Shown: in pieces, positions 1 through 10,418 of the stretch
Position numbering within the stretch: the first letter of the stretch is position 1
Layout: each line of letters opens with the position of its first letter
Made by a program: the position numbers and the translations under genes
DNA from: Minisyncoccota bacterium
GTDB taxonomy: Bacteria > Patescibacteriota > Minisyncoccia > Phycocordibacterales > UBA918
DNA length: 64,000 nucleotides
Assembly: GCA_022841645.1 (NCBI GenBank)
Contig: JALHRC010000002.1
Span: forward strand, 36,846 to 100,845
Direction of reading: 5' to 3'
The notes under the pieces: model-generated
Seen by the model: only the letters and a program-made list of their open reading frames with translations
Databases searched by the model: none
Told to the model about the DNA's origin: nothing

Positions 1-337
1 CCGTGGCTTTGATCTGCAGACTGGTAAAGTAGTGGCTCTCGACACGCTTCCGGCAGAGGTACCAAGCGAGTTGCCGGAAAGTGAATCTACAGGTGAGGTG
101 CGAGCTCTTCTACAAAACAAGCCCCACCAAAAAGAGGTTGCTGTTCAGACGGGTGAGGGTGAAAGCGATGGCCCGAACCCACTACCTGAACCCACCGCGA
201 CTTCAACTACTGAACTTACACTAGATTTGCGTAGCCCTACCACAACTAACGATGTGGAACTATTGACACCAACGTCCACAGATCCAACCTTTGATCTGGT
301 TATTGAGCCGGCGTCTAGTACACAGAGTATTCACTGA
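1..337 (+). CDS. Hypothetical protein, 3' part only (runs off the window start); Pro/Thr/Glu-rich tail
   Basis: The frame of ORF 32..337 is open back to position 2 (RGFDLQTGKVVALD...); low-complexity P/T/E C-terminus. Confidence 0.6.
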   Translation, partial: RGFDLQTGKVVALDTLPAEVPSELPESESTGEVRALLQNKPHQKEVAVQTGEGESDGPNPLPEPTATSTTELTLDLRSPTTTNDVELLTPTSTDPTFDLVIEPASSTQSIH

Positions 338-377
338 TAGTTGTTCACAACTACGTGTAGAATAGGGGGAACGGAGT

Positions 378-3300
378 ATGAACGTACTGCGCCTGTCTTT
401 CCGTGTACGGAGCCGCCTGGCGGCAGTGCTTTTTGCAGTACTCCTACTTGAAGCTGTCTCAGGAATGTTCACTGCCTTACTCTTTGAACTACCGCGTGCT
501 GCAGCGGCACCAGTAGTTATTGAAGCTTCGCCAAGTACTGACGGTCCATCTCATTCTATCGCTGGCTCGCAAACTGTCTTTGTTAATGATTTAGTTGGGT
601 ACAAATTTTTTCGAGCATCTGGCGGGGCGTGTCAGTACCGTAAGACCACTAATGGTGGTACTAGTTGGGGGAGTCCTACTTCGGTAGACACTCAAACTGA
701 CTGTATTGGTGTGTCAGTGTGGTACGACCAGTGGACGCCAGGTGACACTGGTAGCCTTATTCATATCGTTACGATGGATACTGGTGATGACGATCTCTTC
801 TACAACGCACTCAATACCAGTAATGACACTCTGGCATCAACTACCGCACGTGCAGTAATCACTGTCGGATCGACCAATGCTACTTACGCTTCAAATGCTA
901 ACCGTGCAAACATTACCAAGGGCACAAATGGCATAGTCTACGTAGTGGCTGATGACGCCACTGGTAGTGGCACGATACTGCGGCGGTGTAGTGGAAGCTG
1001 TACGATAACTGCTAATTGGTCAGCCGCCGGCACCCCTCCCCAAGGCAATGCTGATAGTTGGTCAATGCTCCTGCCGCTTTCAGGTGGTAACATTATGCTG
1101 ATTAACCGAAGTACGGGTAACCTTTTACGCTACAGCGTGTGGGACGGATCTGACTGGGATACGTTTCAAAATATTGACGCTTCGGCAGTGCGCGGCACGA
1201 CTTACGACGTCAACATGGCCGCCACCTTAGATCATGAAAGTGGGGACATATTCCTCGCCTATGTTACTGACGCAAACGACTTCGTAACCGCCGATCATGA
1301 CATTCGCACTGCTGTTTATAGCGGTGGCTCATGGACCAACACGGCTGATGTTGTAACAAACTCTGGTCGTGGTATTCACCAGGTGGCGCTCGCCCGTGAT
1401 CAGAATACGGGCAATCTGTATCTTGCCTATACTGCGCGAACCACAATTACACTAGCAAATACCAGTCGTGTCTACTGGCATCTTTCAACCTCATCGATGC
1501 AGAGTTGGGGTGTAGAGCAAGGACCACTCGACTCATCAGCAGGAGACTTTTATGGCATTGACTTAAATATCATGTCGTACGACCGTATCTATGCCAGTTG
1601 GTTTGATAACGTCGCTGCCGTGCGTGATATTTTTGGTGAGACGTTAGCTGATATTGGTCCAGAGGTGCGCGTAAGTGCCACAGGCACTCAGATTGCCACG
1701 GTTCGATCTGAAACTAACAACTTCTATGTCGGCGGTAAATTTATTCTTGATGCTATTGCTACACGAACAGTGAGTAGCATTACGATTGCTGAAAACGGAA
1801 CAGTCGATGGAGAAAGCGAGCTTGATAACATTAAGTTGTTCTATGAATATGACACATCAGCTCCGTATAACTGTGCGAGTGAAAGTTATGATGGCGATGA
1901 AATACAATTCGGCAGCACTGAAACGGATGGATTTTCTGGTGCTGATGGCACAGCCTCTTTTAATGTAACCCCGCTAGCTTTTAGCTCGACCTCTCCATTG
2001 TGCCTCTATACAGTCGTTGATGTCCTCTCAACGGCTGATGATAATGAAACAATTCAAATTCATATTCAAAATCCTGAGGTTGATGTAGTGGTGAGTAGTG
2101 TTGAGGCCTATCCAGCTACTGCTGTAGCTCTCTCTGGCACTACAACAATTGCAGATCCGAATCTGACTCAAAACGCCTATCACTGGCGATTGGATAACGG
2201 CACTGAAGTAACGGCCAGCTCGGCAACTAATGGGGTTGAAAACACTGCCATTTCAGCCCTACAAAAAAACACTCCACGGCGCTTACGCCTAGGGGTAAGT
2301 AACGAAGGTTCTACTTCATCACTTCCAGTATCATTTGTACTTGAATACGGTGTAGCTGCACCAAGTTGCGACACTATTCCAAATTGGACAGTTCTTAACG
2401 ATGCATCTCCATGGGTAATGTACGACTCAAGTAACCTCACAGAGGGAGCTAACACAAACGATATAGCGACTAGTAGTGGCGGTGTAAGTAATGGAAATAG
2501 TAGTTTTATATCCAGTAATGGTGGCGTTCGCGATACTACGGCGACTTCAAGTGCAGTGACGCTTGGCACTACGAACTTCGTTGAGCTCGAATACTCCATC
2601 GTTGCGACGACCACTGCCGTTGAGGGCGAAACCTACTGTTTTCGGGTGAGTCGTTCTGGAACTGCGCTCGGTACGTACACGGCCTATCCCCAAGTCACCA
2701 TCGCAGCAGATGTGACTGTCAGTGCCACCGGTACCCAAGCTACCAGTAGTGATGTTGGTACTCCAAATAATTACTATGGTGGAACCTTTCGAATTGTTGA
2801 AAACTCGGGCAGCCGCAACTTCACTGCCATTACCTTCACGGAGCAGGGTACGGTAAATGCTGCAACTGGTATTTCTAGCGTTTCGCTGCGTTATGAGTTT
2901 GATACTTCAGCACCATACAATTGTGTGTCTGAAAGCTTTGACGGCAGTGAGCTCACTTTTGGCACTACCCAGCCAGCTTTTTCTAGTGCCGATGGTACAG
3001 TGACGTTTAACGACGTAGTGGGTATCGATACTACGAGTGCGCTTTGTCTTTACCTCACATACAGCGTCACCACAGCGGCGGCACATGGCGAAACCGTCAA
3101 TATTGTTATTTCTTCACCCGCCACCGACGTTGCAGTTTCGGGTGGTGGTTCTGTCGGCCCCTCGACGGTGGTGGATATGAGCGGCACTACCACCCTGCGT
3201 AGCGGTATCCTCACCCAAAATCACTTTCATTGGCGGCGTGATAACGGTAGCGAAACAACTGCCAGTTCTGCTACGAACGGCGTAGAGGATACAGGGCTGA

Positions 3301-6300
3301 CAGACTTTGCTCGTTCGTCAGCCATTCGTCTTCGTCTCGGCGTAAGCAACGAGGGTCCCACAACAAGTGTGCCAACACAGCTTTACTTGGAATATGGTCT
3401 TAAAATCACCACCTGCGCCAACGTGAGCACCTGGACAGAGGTGGGCACGACCACTGATGGATGGGACATGTACAACTCTAGCTTTATTACTGACGGCAGT
3501 GATACTACCAACATTGCAACGAGCACGGGCGGTGTGTCCGACGAAAACACTAGTTTTTTAACTGCCAATGGGGGTGTACGAGACCAAACCTCACGGACCG
3601 GTACTACAACGCTCAGCAGTACCGAGTTTACCGAACTCGAGTTTAGTCTCACTTCCACGGAGGATACCGCCTATGAGGCCACCTACTGCTTCCGCTTGAC
3701 AGCTGCCGGCACACCGCTACCCACGTATACCAACTACGCTGAGCTGACCACCGCTCCCAAGCGAGACTTTCGCATTCAGCGAGGTGTGACCACTGTCAGT
3801 GGCACCTCTACCGCCATTGTCGCTGGCGTTGATTACACAGCACCTTCATCTACTAGCCGTGCCTTTATTCGCATTACCAATACCTTTGATACGGGTGCTG
3901 GACGTACCACCGGAGGGGTAACGCAGAATCTCGACGACGTAACCACGTACATTCTAAACCCCTCAAACTTACTTACCAGTATTACGTTCGCGCGGCCCTC
4001 AACAGCAATTAACAACACACGCGTCGCGTGGGAAATCATTGAGTATGTTGGAGAATCAGGAACTGATAATGAAATGGTGGTGCGCGCTGTTGGCACCATC
4101 AACATGGCATCGGCTTCAACCACGGCAACAACGAGTGTTATTAGCGGGATAGGTGATGATGCAGATGTTGTGGTATTTGTAACCGGCTCACAATCACGTG
4201 GTACTACCCAGAATTACTATAGCGGGCAGTTTACCTCAAGCTGGGGCAGTACTACTGACCAGGCATCATTTCAGCGCGGTGCATCGGCCAGTACGCTGGC
4301 TGACCTTTCGTACGCAGTAGTAGAATTTACGGGCTTGAACTGGTCGGTGCAGCGAGTAGAACATACGTACGCTACTTCAAGTGGTGTGGAAACCGAAAAT
4401 ATTACACCGGTAGAGAGCTTGGGCAAGACATTCCTCTACGCGCAAAAACGCACCGGTGCTCAAGCCAACGTAATCAACTTTGGTCATGAAGTTTGGCTTT
4501 CCTCCATTGGTGCTGTTTCGTTTCGCCTCGAGCCACTTGCTTCCGTCGCCATCCCTCAAGTGTCAGTGGCGTGGGTCATTAGCAACTCGCAGCAAGGCAA
4601 TTCTGGTATGAGCGTGCAACGAAACAATGGTAATACGAGCGGTGGTACGGCCCCGCTGGCACTTTCCGTCACCATACCTTCTCCTATTGATGCTACTAAT
4701 AACGCATCGATCTTTGGCAACGGTCGCGGTGGATCTGCTAACACACAGTATCCAAACATTCATACTGGTATGCGCATTACGTCTACTTCAACGTTTGAAC
4801 TCTGGCGTGGCGCAACGGGCGTTGCACTTTCGTATCGCACAGAAATTGTTGAGTGGCCAGTATCAGATATTGGGGTTAGACAAAATGCCTATATGTTTTT
4901 TGTGCACAACAATGCCATTACCCCCACTGACCCTTGGCCGGCTGGTCCTGTAAATATTGGTGAAAGTACACCTATCGGGGTAGGTGATGAGCCGCTCGCT
5001 AATGGCGATGTCATTCGTATCCGTCTTACCGCGCGAGTGTCAAACGCTAATATGCCAGCAGGTTTGCGCGCCTTTAAGCTACAGTACGGTGTGCGTGCTG
5101 GCAGTTGCGCAGCCATAGAAACCTGGACTGACGTTGGGAGTGCTACCAGTTCAGCAATTTGGCGTGGATATGTAGCAACCGGTACTACAGACGGTAGTTC
5201 GCTGGGTAGCGACCCTCCGCAAAGTGGCGAAATTCTAATCCTCTCTACCAGTGATGTACTCGGTCGCCTCGTCCACCAAAACCCGGCAGCCCCCAACCCC
5301 TACACGGTGCTTGAAGGAGAAGATGTCGAGTATGACTGGCAAATTGTCCACAATGGTGCCGTGGCTCGCACAACGTACTGTTTTCGTATGGTTCAGTCTG
5401 ACGGCACACTGCTTGATGGCTACCTGGACTACCCGCAGATCCGTACTGCTGGCTACAACCCAGTCATGCAAAACTGGCGTTGGTATAGTGACTACGAGAA
5501 CATCACTCCCACCACAGCCCTCGCGGCTGAGAATACTGCACCAACGGGAATTGTGTATGACTCTGGGTTGGCTTTGCGTGTAGCGGTCGGAGAGACAAAA
5601 GCTGTTTCGGGTAATGATATCCGTTTCCGACTTCAGTTTTCTGATGACCCTACTTTTCTCTTGCCGCGGGACGTCGCTGCCAGTAGTACTTGCTCTGCCA
5701 GTGACAACTGGTGTTACATAAATGGTGGGGCGACAGATCACTCTGACCTGGCATCCTCTACTCTTTCTGATTCTGACCCTTGTGTGATGGGTGTCGGCAG
5801 TGGGTGTGGTCTGCATGTTTCGTCAGGGGTTTACCAAGCAGGGCATGCTCATGCCGGCGGTACTGTCCAGGAACATTCTTTTACCATTCGACATGCTGGG
5901 GCACGCGCAAAAGCTGTTTACTACTTCCGGTTATACGACACCATTAATGATGTTGTGGTACCACTTGGAAGTGGTGAGAGTTACCCATCACTTCTCACCG
6001 AAGCGCCGGTTTTGCAATTCTCTGTTGCCGATTTGCCTTCAGGCACGTCCACTGCCGGTATCGTGACAGATGCAACGACCACCTCAAGTACCATTAGCTT
6101 TGGCCGCCTGGCTCTTGACACTGACTACGAGGCTGCCCACCGTCTCTCGGTCGGTATTAACGCTACAGAAGGTTACCAACTGTTTTTCTATGCACGTAGT
6201 CAGCTCATCAATAGTAGCGGAGATGTTATACCTCCACTTTCTGCTACCAATGCTGCTCCGGTGGCTTGGGAAATAGGGTGCCCAGTAGCTACCTCTACAG

Positions 6301-6527
6301 GTTGCGTGGGTTATCACACTACTGATGGCACATTGGCCGGTGGCTCTGGGCGCTTCGCTCCAAACAATACCTATGCTGGTTTGGCGACCACACCACAGGA
6401 GATTATGTATAGTTCGCTACCCACCAGTGACACACATGACATCATTTACCGGGTGCGGATTGGTGATCAACAACCCGCCGGTGACTACAGTGCCGAGGTC
6501 GTCTACTTAGCCATTCCGGTATACTAG
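378..6527 (+). CDS. Giant secreted surface protein (2049 aa): BNR/Asp-box-like N-terminal region, repeated beta-rich domains, C-terminal WxL-like domain
   Basis: N-terminal hydrophobic signal region; KTTNGGTSW Asp-box-like motif; Thr/Ser/Gly-rich; many Cys pairs; C-terminus QPAGDYSAEVVYLAIPVY resembles a WxL-type terminal strand; GGAG just upstream of ATG. Confidence 0.8.
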   Translation: MNVLRLSFRVRSRLAAVLFAVLLLEAVSGMFTALLFELPRAAAAPVVIEASPSTDGPSHSIAGSQTVFVNDLVGYKFFRASGGACQYRKTTNGGTSWGSPTSVDTQTDCIGVSVWYDQWTPGDTGSLIHIVTMDTGDDDLFYNALNTSNDTLASTTARAVITVGSTNATYASNANRANITKGTNGIVYVVADDATGSGTILRRCSGSCTITANWSAAGTPPQGNADSWSMLLPLSGGNIMLINRSTGNLLRYSVWDGSDWDTFQNIDASAVRGTTYDVNMAATLDHESGDIFLAYVTDANDFVTADHDIRTAVYSGGSWTNTADVVTNSGRGIHQVALARDQNTGNLYLAYTARTTITLANTSRVYWHLSTSSMQSWGVEQGPLDSSAGDFYGIDLNIMSYDRIYASWFDNVAAVRDIFGETLADIGPEVRVSATGTQIATVRSETNNFYVGGKFILDAIATRTVSSITIAENGTVDGESELDNIKLFYEYDTSAPYNCASESYDGDEIQFGSTETDGFSGADGTASFNVTPLAFSSTSPLCLYTVVDVLSTADDNETIQIHIQNPEVDVVVSSVEAYPATAVALSGTTTIADPNLTQNAYHWRLDNGTEVTASSATNGVENTAISALQKNTPRRLRLGVSNEGSTSSLPVSFVLEYGVAAPSCDTIPNWTVLNDASPWVMYDSSNLTEGANTNDIATSSGGVSNGNSSFISSNGGVRDTTATSSAVTLGTTNFVELEYSIVATTTAVEGETYCFRVSRSGTALGTYTAYPQVTIAADVTVSATGTQATSSDVGTPNNYYGGTFRIVENSGSRNFTAITFTEQGTVNAATGISSVSLRYEFDTSAPYNCVSESFDGSELTFGTTQPAFSSADGTVTFNDVVGIDTTSALCLYLTYSVTTAAAHGETVNIVISSPATDVAVSGGGSVGPSTVVDMSGTTTLRSGILTQNHFHWRRDNGSETTASSATNGVEDTGLTDFARSSAIRLRLGVSNEGPTTSVPTQLYLEYGLKITTCANVSTWTEVGTTTDGWDMYNSSFITDGSDTTNIATSTGGVSDENTSFLTANGGVRDQTSRTGTTTLSSTEFTELEFSLTSTEDTAYEATYCFRLTAAGTPLPTYTNYAELTTAPKRDFRIQRGVTTVSGTSTAIVAGVDYTAPSSTSRAFIRITNTFDTGAGRTTGGVTQNLDDVTTYILNPSNLLTSITFARPSTAINNTRVAWEIIEYVGESGTDNEMVVRAVGTINMASASTTATTSVISGIGDDADVVVFVTGSQSRGTTQNYYSGQFTSSWGSTTDQASFQRGASASTLADLSYAVVEFTGLNWSVQRVEHTYATSSGVETENITPVESLGKTFLYAQKRTGAQANVINFGHEVWLSSIGAVSFRLEPLASVAIPQVSVAWVISNSQQGNSGMSVQRNNGNTSGGTAPLALSVTIPSPIDATNNASIFGNGRGGSANTQYPNIHTGMRITSTSTFELWRGATGVALSYRTEIVEWPVSDIGVRQNAYMFFVHNNAITPTDPWPAGPVNIGESTPIGVGDEPLANGDVIRIRLTARVSNANMPAGLRAFKLQYGVRAGSCAAIETWTDVGSATSSAIWRGYVATGTTDGSSLGSDPPQSGEILILSTSDVLGRLVHQNPAAPNPYTVLEGEDVEYDWQIVHNGAVARTTYCFRMVQSDGTLLDGYLDYPQIRTAGYNPVMQNWRWYSDYENITPTTALAAENTAPTGIVYDSGLALRVAVGETKAVSGNDIRFRLQFSDDPTFLLPRDVAASSTCSASDNWCYINGGATDHSDLASSTLSDSDPCVMGVGSGCGLHVSSGVYQAGHAHAGGTVQEHSFTIRHAGARAKAVYYFRLYDTINDVVVPLGSGESYPSLLTEAPVLQFSVADLPSGTSTAGIVTDATTTSSTISFGRLALDTDYEAAHRLSVGINATEGYQLFFYARSQLINSSGDVIPPLSATNAAPVAWEIGCPVATSTGCVGYHTTDGTLAGGSGRFAPNNTYAGLATTPQEIMYSSLPTSDTHDIIYRVRIGDQQPAGDYSAEVVYLAIPVY
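1671..3764 (+). repeat. Tandem intragenic duplication, period 1047 bp (349 aa)
   Basis: VSATGTQ starts at 1671 and 2718; EY(D/F)DTSAPYNC, LTQN.(Y/F)HWR.DNG.E.TASSATNGVE, RLRLGVSNEG and TYCFR each occur in both units. Confidence 0.85.
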
Positions 6528-6539
6528 CTGTAAACTTCT

Positions 6540-7547
6540 ATGCGTCACCTACCTATGCAGATTTTAAGTGGAGTGTTGCTTTTGCTATTTCTGCTACCCA
6601 GTGCGGTCTCAGGAGCAGTAACCGCAAGTCCGCTCATCATTGATCGTACCGTCGATGCGCGTGATATTTTTGATGAGCGTATAGTTATTGTAAATTCGAC
6701 TGATCTACCGACCCGTGTATTTGCCTCTGTTCATGAAATCACTCTTGACGAGGGTGGCTCTATCAAAACCTTTGTTCCTGCGTCAATGAGTGACCGTTCA
6801 CAGAGCGTGACGAGCTGGCTTGCAATTGATCGCCGTCGTCAAGAACTACCACCCGGTGCGTCTACATCGCTCGCTTTGAAGGTTAATATTAACCAGGATG
6901 CCGTGCCTGGTCTGTACCACGCTTTCATTGGTTTCGGTAGCGGCTCGAATCGAGATCAGGCAGAGGCCGCAGTCCTTGCGGGAACAGCTCCAGGGGTAAT
7001 TGTGAGGATTGAAGTTCGTGATAGCCGCGTTTCAGCACTGCGACTCGTTCGTTTTGTGGTCGACCGATTAGTTTTCGGCGCGTCACCGGCTGGCATTACT
7101 TACTCTATTGAGAACCCAGGAGATACCCCCCTTACGCCAACAGGGGAGGTAATTTTGTACAATAGTCATGGTGAAGAAGTGGGCGATATTTCAGTTGACA
7201 GTGTATCGCGTCCTATTGCGCCCGGTGAAACAGCGGAGTTCACATTGCCACTACCGACCGAGCATCTCTTTGGAAAATATAAGGCCTATCTCAGTTTGCG
7301 GTATGGTGCCGATGGTAGGGCTACTGTCCACGACACGGCGTTTTTCTACGCTGCACCCTGGATGTATTTGGCTTTGCTTTTTGCGGGTCTATTTATAATC
7401 GTACTGCTCGTGGTATTCTGGTGGCGTCGCGCTCTTCTTTTGAGCGACGAGACACCTGATGAAACCGTAACTGTGTATGTTCGCTCTGGTAAATCTGCTC
7501 CGGATCAGGACCATGATCTCACTCTCACAAAATCAACTGATACATAA
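6540..7547 (+). CDS. DUF916/DUF3324-like (WxL-interacting, PapD-like fold) membrane-anchored protein
   Basis: Signal peptide; DAVPGLYHAFI and IENPGDTPLTPTG motifs; GKYKAYLSLRYG; C-terminal TM followed by WWRR. Confidence 0.6.
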   Translation: MRHLPMQILSGVLLLLFLLPSAVSGAVTASPLIIDRTVDARDIFDERIVIVNSTDLPTRVFASVHEITLDEGGSIKTFVPASMSDRSQSVTSWLAIDRRRQELPPGASTSLALKVNINQDAVPGLYHAFIGFGSGSNRDQAEAAVLAGTAPGVIVRIEVRDSRVSALRLVRFVVDRLVFGASPAGITYSIENPGDTPLTPTGEVILYNSHGEEVGDISVDSVSRPIAPGETAEFTLPLPTEHLFGKYKAYLSLRYGADGRATVHDTAFFYAAPWMYLALLFAGLFIIVLLVVFWWRRALLLSDETPDETVTVYVRSGKSAPDQDHDLTLTKSTDT

Positions 7548-9180
7548 AGTTTTATTACTGCTCACAGTCAGTTTTTTTCCATTAGTTCTGAACGCCCAAG
7601 ACGGGCAAGGTCTCAGTATTTCGCCAGCCCTCTTTGAGATGGCCGCAACCAGAGACCAGGCATGGCAGAGTAGTCTGCGCGTCGTAAATCCCAACCCTTT
7701 TCCGCTAACGGTGTATGCAGACGTAGTAAATTTTGCTCCTCGTGGTGAAGGTGGTGACGGCATGTTCTTGCCACCAGAGTCCTCTGGCGACGGCAGCACG
7801 CTGGCAGAGTGGATTACGCTAGGAGAGACAACTGTAACTATACCCGCCGAGCGAACATTCGATATCCCATTCAGTTTAAATGTTCCGTCCGACGCTGCTC
7901 CTGGTGGGCACTTTGCTGCCTTCACCGTAAGTACTAGGCCACCAGAGAGTGTGGCCGGGGCTACTGCCTTACGCACGGCCCAGGTAGTGTCGTCACTCTT
8001 TTTTGTTCGCGTTGCGGGCGAAGTTCGCGAAGAAGCTGCGGTGCGTGAGTTTCGCAGCGAACAACGCTTTTTGACCCGCCCCGAAGTAACCTTTTCGCTA
8101 CGGGTAGAGAATCTTGGGAATGTTCACGTACGGCCGCAAGGGGACATAACTATTACCAATATGTGGGGTCAAGAGCGCGGCGTCGTTCCTATCAATCGCT
8201 ACAGTCACTTTGGTAACGTCCTTCCAGATAGCATTAGAAAGTTTAGCTTCTCATGGCGGGGAGAATGGTCGCTTTCAGATATTGGACGATACAAAGCCAT
8301 TGTTACACTGGCATATGGCGAATCTGAGCGGCGATTTATTACCAGCACTACGTATTTTTGGGTGGTTCCGGTAGTCCCGGTTACCGTCGCGCTGGCAGTC
8401 ATTATCGGCTTGGTTGCCATACTAGTGTTTTTAATACGGTTGTATGTGCGTCATTTGTTGGCAGCCGCAGGAGTTTCTTCGCGAGTGCGTCAGCCGTATG
8501 TTCGTACCGCCTCAGTAGCGGCCACTACTCGCCGCGACCTAGTTTTGGAACCAGCGGTGACAGATGTCACATCACCAGCATCCACACTAAGCGCTGTACT
8601 TCGTACTAGTCGAAATTTTGTGCAAGAAACACTAATGTGGCTATGGCGTCTTTCTTGCTCAACCTGGTTTTTGCTTCGCACCTCGCCAAAGCGCCGCCGC
8701 CTGTACGTACTTCTCGGTACTGCTGGTGTCCTTAGCCTCATCAGTGGCTTTTTTGTAAAAGGTGCTCTCACGCCGCAGCGATCATACGAAGTTGTCTATG
8801 ATACGAACCATAACGAAAGAGTCGTTTCTTCAGATGCAATAATTTTTGAAACGGAGCGCACCACAGCCGGTGGGTTGCCACGTGACTTGACTACACCGAC
8901 TCTCGCTGTGGTGAACCGGAGTGGTGTTGCTGGACTGGGAGCGACTGTTGCCCTGATGTTAGAGGTGCAAGGATACGTAGTTTCAGAAGTGCGTACAGAG
9001 CTTGGAACAGAGAATGGACGTACGGTTATTGTTTACAGCGAGGAGGATACTGAAACTGCTCTTTCCCTAAGTGCAGAACTTAAAAATGCCTTACTTTCAA
9101 GCACCACCAACACGGCAACGTCAAGCGCAGCCATTACCGTGTATCTCGGAAGTGACATGGCAGACCTAGCCACAGAATAG
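7513..9180 (+). CDS. DUF916/DUF3324-like protein with a C-terminal LytR_C-like domain
   Basis: LSISPALFE, DAAPGGHFAAF, VENLGNVHVRPQG and GRYKAIVTLAYG motifs; TM segments; C-terminal VVNRSGVAGLGA...ITVYLGSD is typical of LytR_C. Start placed at ATG 7513 (AGGA upstream). Confidence 0.65.
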   Translation: MISLSQNQLIHKVLLLLTVSFFPLVLNAQDGQGLSISPALFEMAATRDQAWQSSLRVVNPNPFPLTVYADVVNFAPRGEGGDGMFLPPESSGDGSTLAEWITLGETTVTIPAERTFDIPFSLNVPSDAAPGGHFAAFTVSTRPPESVAGATALRTAQVVSSLFFVRVAGEVREEAAVREFRSEQRFLTRPEVTFSLRVENLGNVHVRPQGDITITNMWGQERGVVPINRYSHFGNVLPDSIRKFSFSWRGEWSLSDIGRYKAIVTLAYGESERRFITSTTYFWVVPVVPVTVALAVIIGLVAILVFLIRLYVRHLLAAAGVSSRVRQPYVRTASVAATTRRDLVLEPAVTDVTSPASTLSAVLRTSRNFVQETLMWLWRLSCSTWFLLRTSPKRRRLYVLLGTAGVLSLISGFFVKGALTPQRSYEVVYDTNHNERVVSSDAIIFETERTTAGGLPRDLTTPTLAVVNRSGVAGLGATVALMLEVQGYVVSEVRTELGTENGRTVIVYSEEDTETALSLSAELKNALLSSTTNTATSSAAITVYLGSDMADLATE

Positions 9181-9191
9181 TGTATACTTAG

Positions 9192-9698
9192 ATGTCGCTT
9201 ATCCACTCAAACCAGTCTATGCACCATCGTACGATTTGGCTTTTTGTTGTTTTGTTCGCGGCCATTGTCATTGGTATGTTCACCTATGCCTATCTAGAGC
9301 GAAAGGAACGCACAGCGCAGGTGGCACCGGTAATCAACTCTAGCTCCACTCCTTTGAGCACGCCACTTGATCAGCGTGTGAATGCTAAACACTACTACAT
9401 AGATGGCACACACAGCTTTGCCGGCATCGTGTCGCTTCCCACTCCGTGCGATCTGCTTGAGGCCACTGCGCGTGTGGCAGAGTCGTTTCCGGAGCAAATA
9501 ATTATCGACTTTACGACCACCAATAATTCTGAGTCGTGTATCCAGGTTGTAAGCGAACAGCGCTTTCTAGTAAGTGCTCAGGCCTCGTCTGAAGCACGCA
9601 TCAGTGCGACGTGGAATGGTCAGCCAATTGAGCTCAACCTTACTCCGGCCGCACCAGGTGAGAGGCCCGAGGACTTTGAAGTTTTTGTAAAAGGTTAA
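9192..9698 (+). CDS. Hypothetical membrane-anchored protein with a Cys pair (real start may be ATG 9219)
   Basis: N-terminal TM; LPTPCD...CIQVV motif. Confidence 0.6.
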   Translation: MSLIHSNQSMHHRTIWLFVVLFAAIVIGMFTYAYLERKERTAQVAPVINSSSTPLSTPLDQRVNAKHYYIDGTHSFAGIVSLPTPCDLLEATARVAESFPEQIIIDFTTTNNSESCIQVVSEQRFLVSAQASSEARISATWNGQPIELNLTPAAPGERPEDFEVFVKG

Positions 9699-9708
9699 TT
9701 TGTAATTT

Positions 9709-10413
9709 ATGCCTGCATTCGTCATCCCGCTTTCCATTGTTCTTGGCAGCTCACTCATCGCTGGAGCAATTTATTTTAGTAACTTTTCTTCTGCGCCCAG
9801 TGCACCAAGTGCTGCTGTGCCCAATAATGCGGCTCCTCAGCGCCCAGTTCTACCAACGGTAGTTGAGGGGGTGAATCTTGCCCGAGCTGAGAATCGTCAC
9901 CTTTACGGTAATCCTGAGGCTCAGATCACTATTATTGAATTTTCGGACTACGAATGCCCGTTTTGTGCTCGACTCCATCCAACGCTGAAGCGGATTGTTG
10001 ATGAATCTGATGGAAGTATAAATTGGGAATACCGGCATCTCCCTCTGCCGATGCACAGCGGCGCTGTCCCAGCTGCGATCGCTAGCGAGTGCGTAGCGCG
10101 TGAGCTCGGGAATGATGCATTCTGGAAGTTCACCGATGTACTTTTTGCTAATATCGGCAAGGCCAACGCCTCATTCTTAAAGGCAGAGGCTGGCAAACTG
10201 GGTGCAACGGCAGCTACGTATGATGCGTGCATTAGCGATAGTTCGGTTAAGGCCTTGGTTGATGCTGACGCGGCAGCGCTCATAGAGGAGTTTGGCCAAC
10301 AGGGGACACCGTTCTCGCTGATTGTTGATAATCGAACTGGCACCGGCCGACCAATTGTGGGTGCGTTGCCGTACGAAAACTGGCAGCAAGCACTCGCTGC
10401 TCTTGGTTCCTAG
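9709..10413 (+). CDS. DsbA-family thiol-disulfide oxidoreductase
   Basis: EFSDYECPFC, YRHLPL and GTP (cis-Pro loop) motifs; N-terminal anchor. Confidence 0.9.
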   Translation: MPAFVIPLSIVLGSSLIAGAIYFSNFSSAPSAPSAAVPNNAAPQRPVLPTVVEGVNLARAENRHLYGNPEAQITIIEFSDYECPFCARLHPTLKRIVDESDGSINWEYRHLPLPMHSGAVPAAIASECVARELGNDAFWKFTDVLFANIGKANASFLKAEAGKLGATAATYDACISDSSVKALVDADAAALIEEFGQQGTPFSLIVDNRTGTGRPIVGALPYENWQQALAALGS

Positions 10414-10418
10414 CCACT

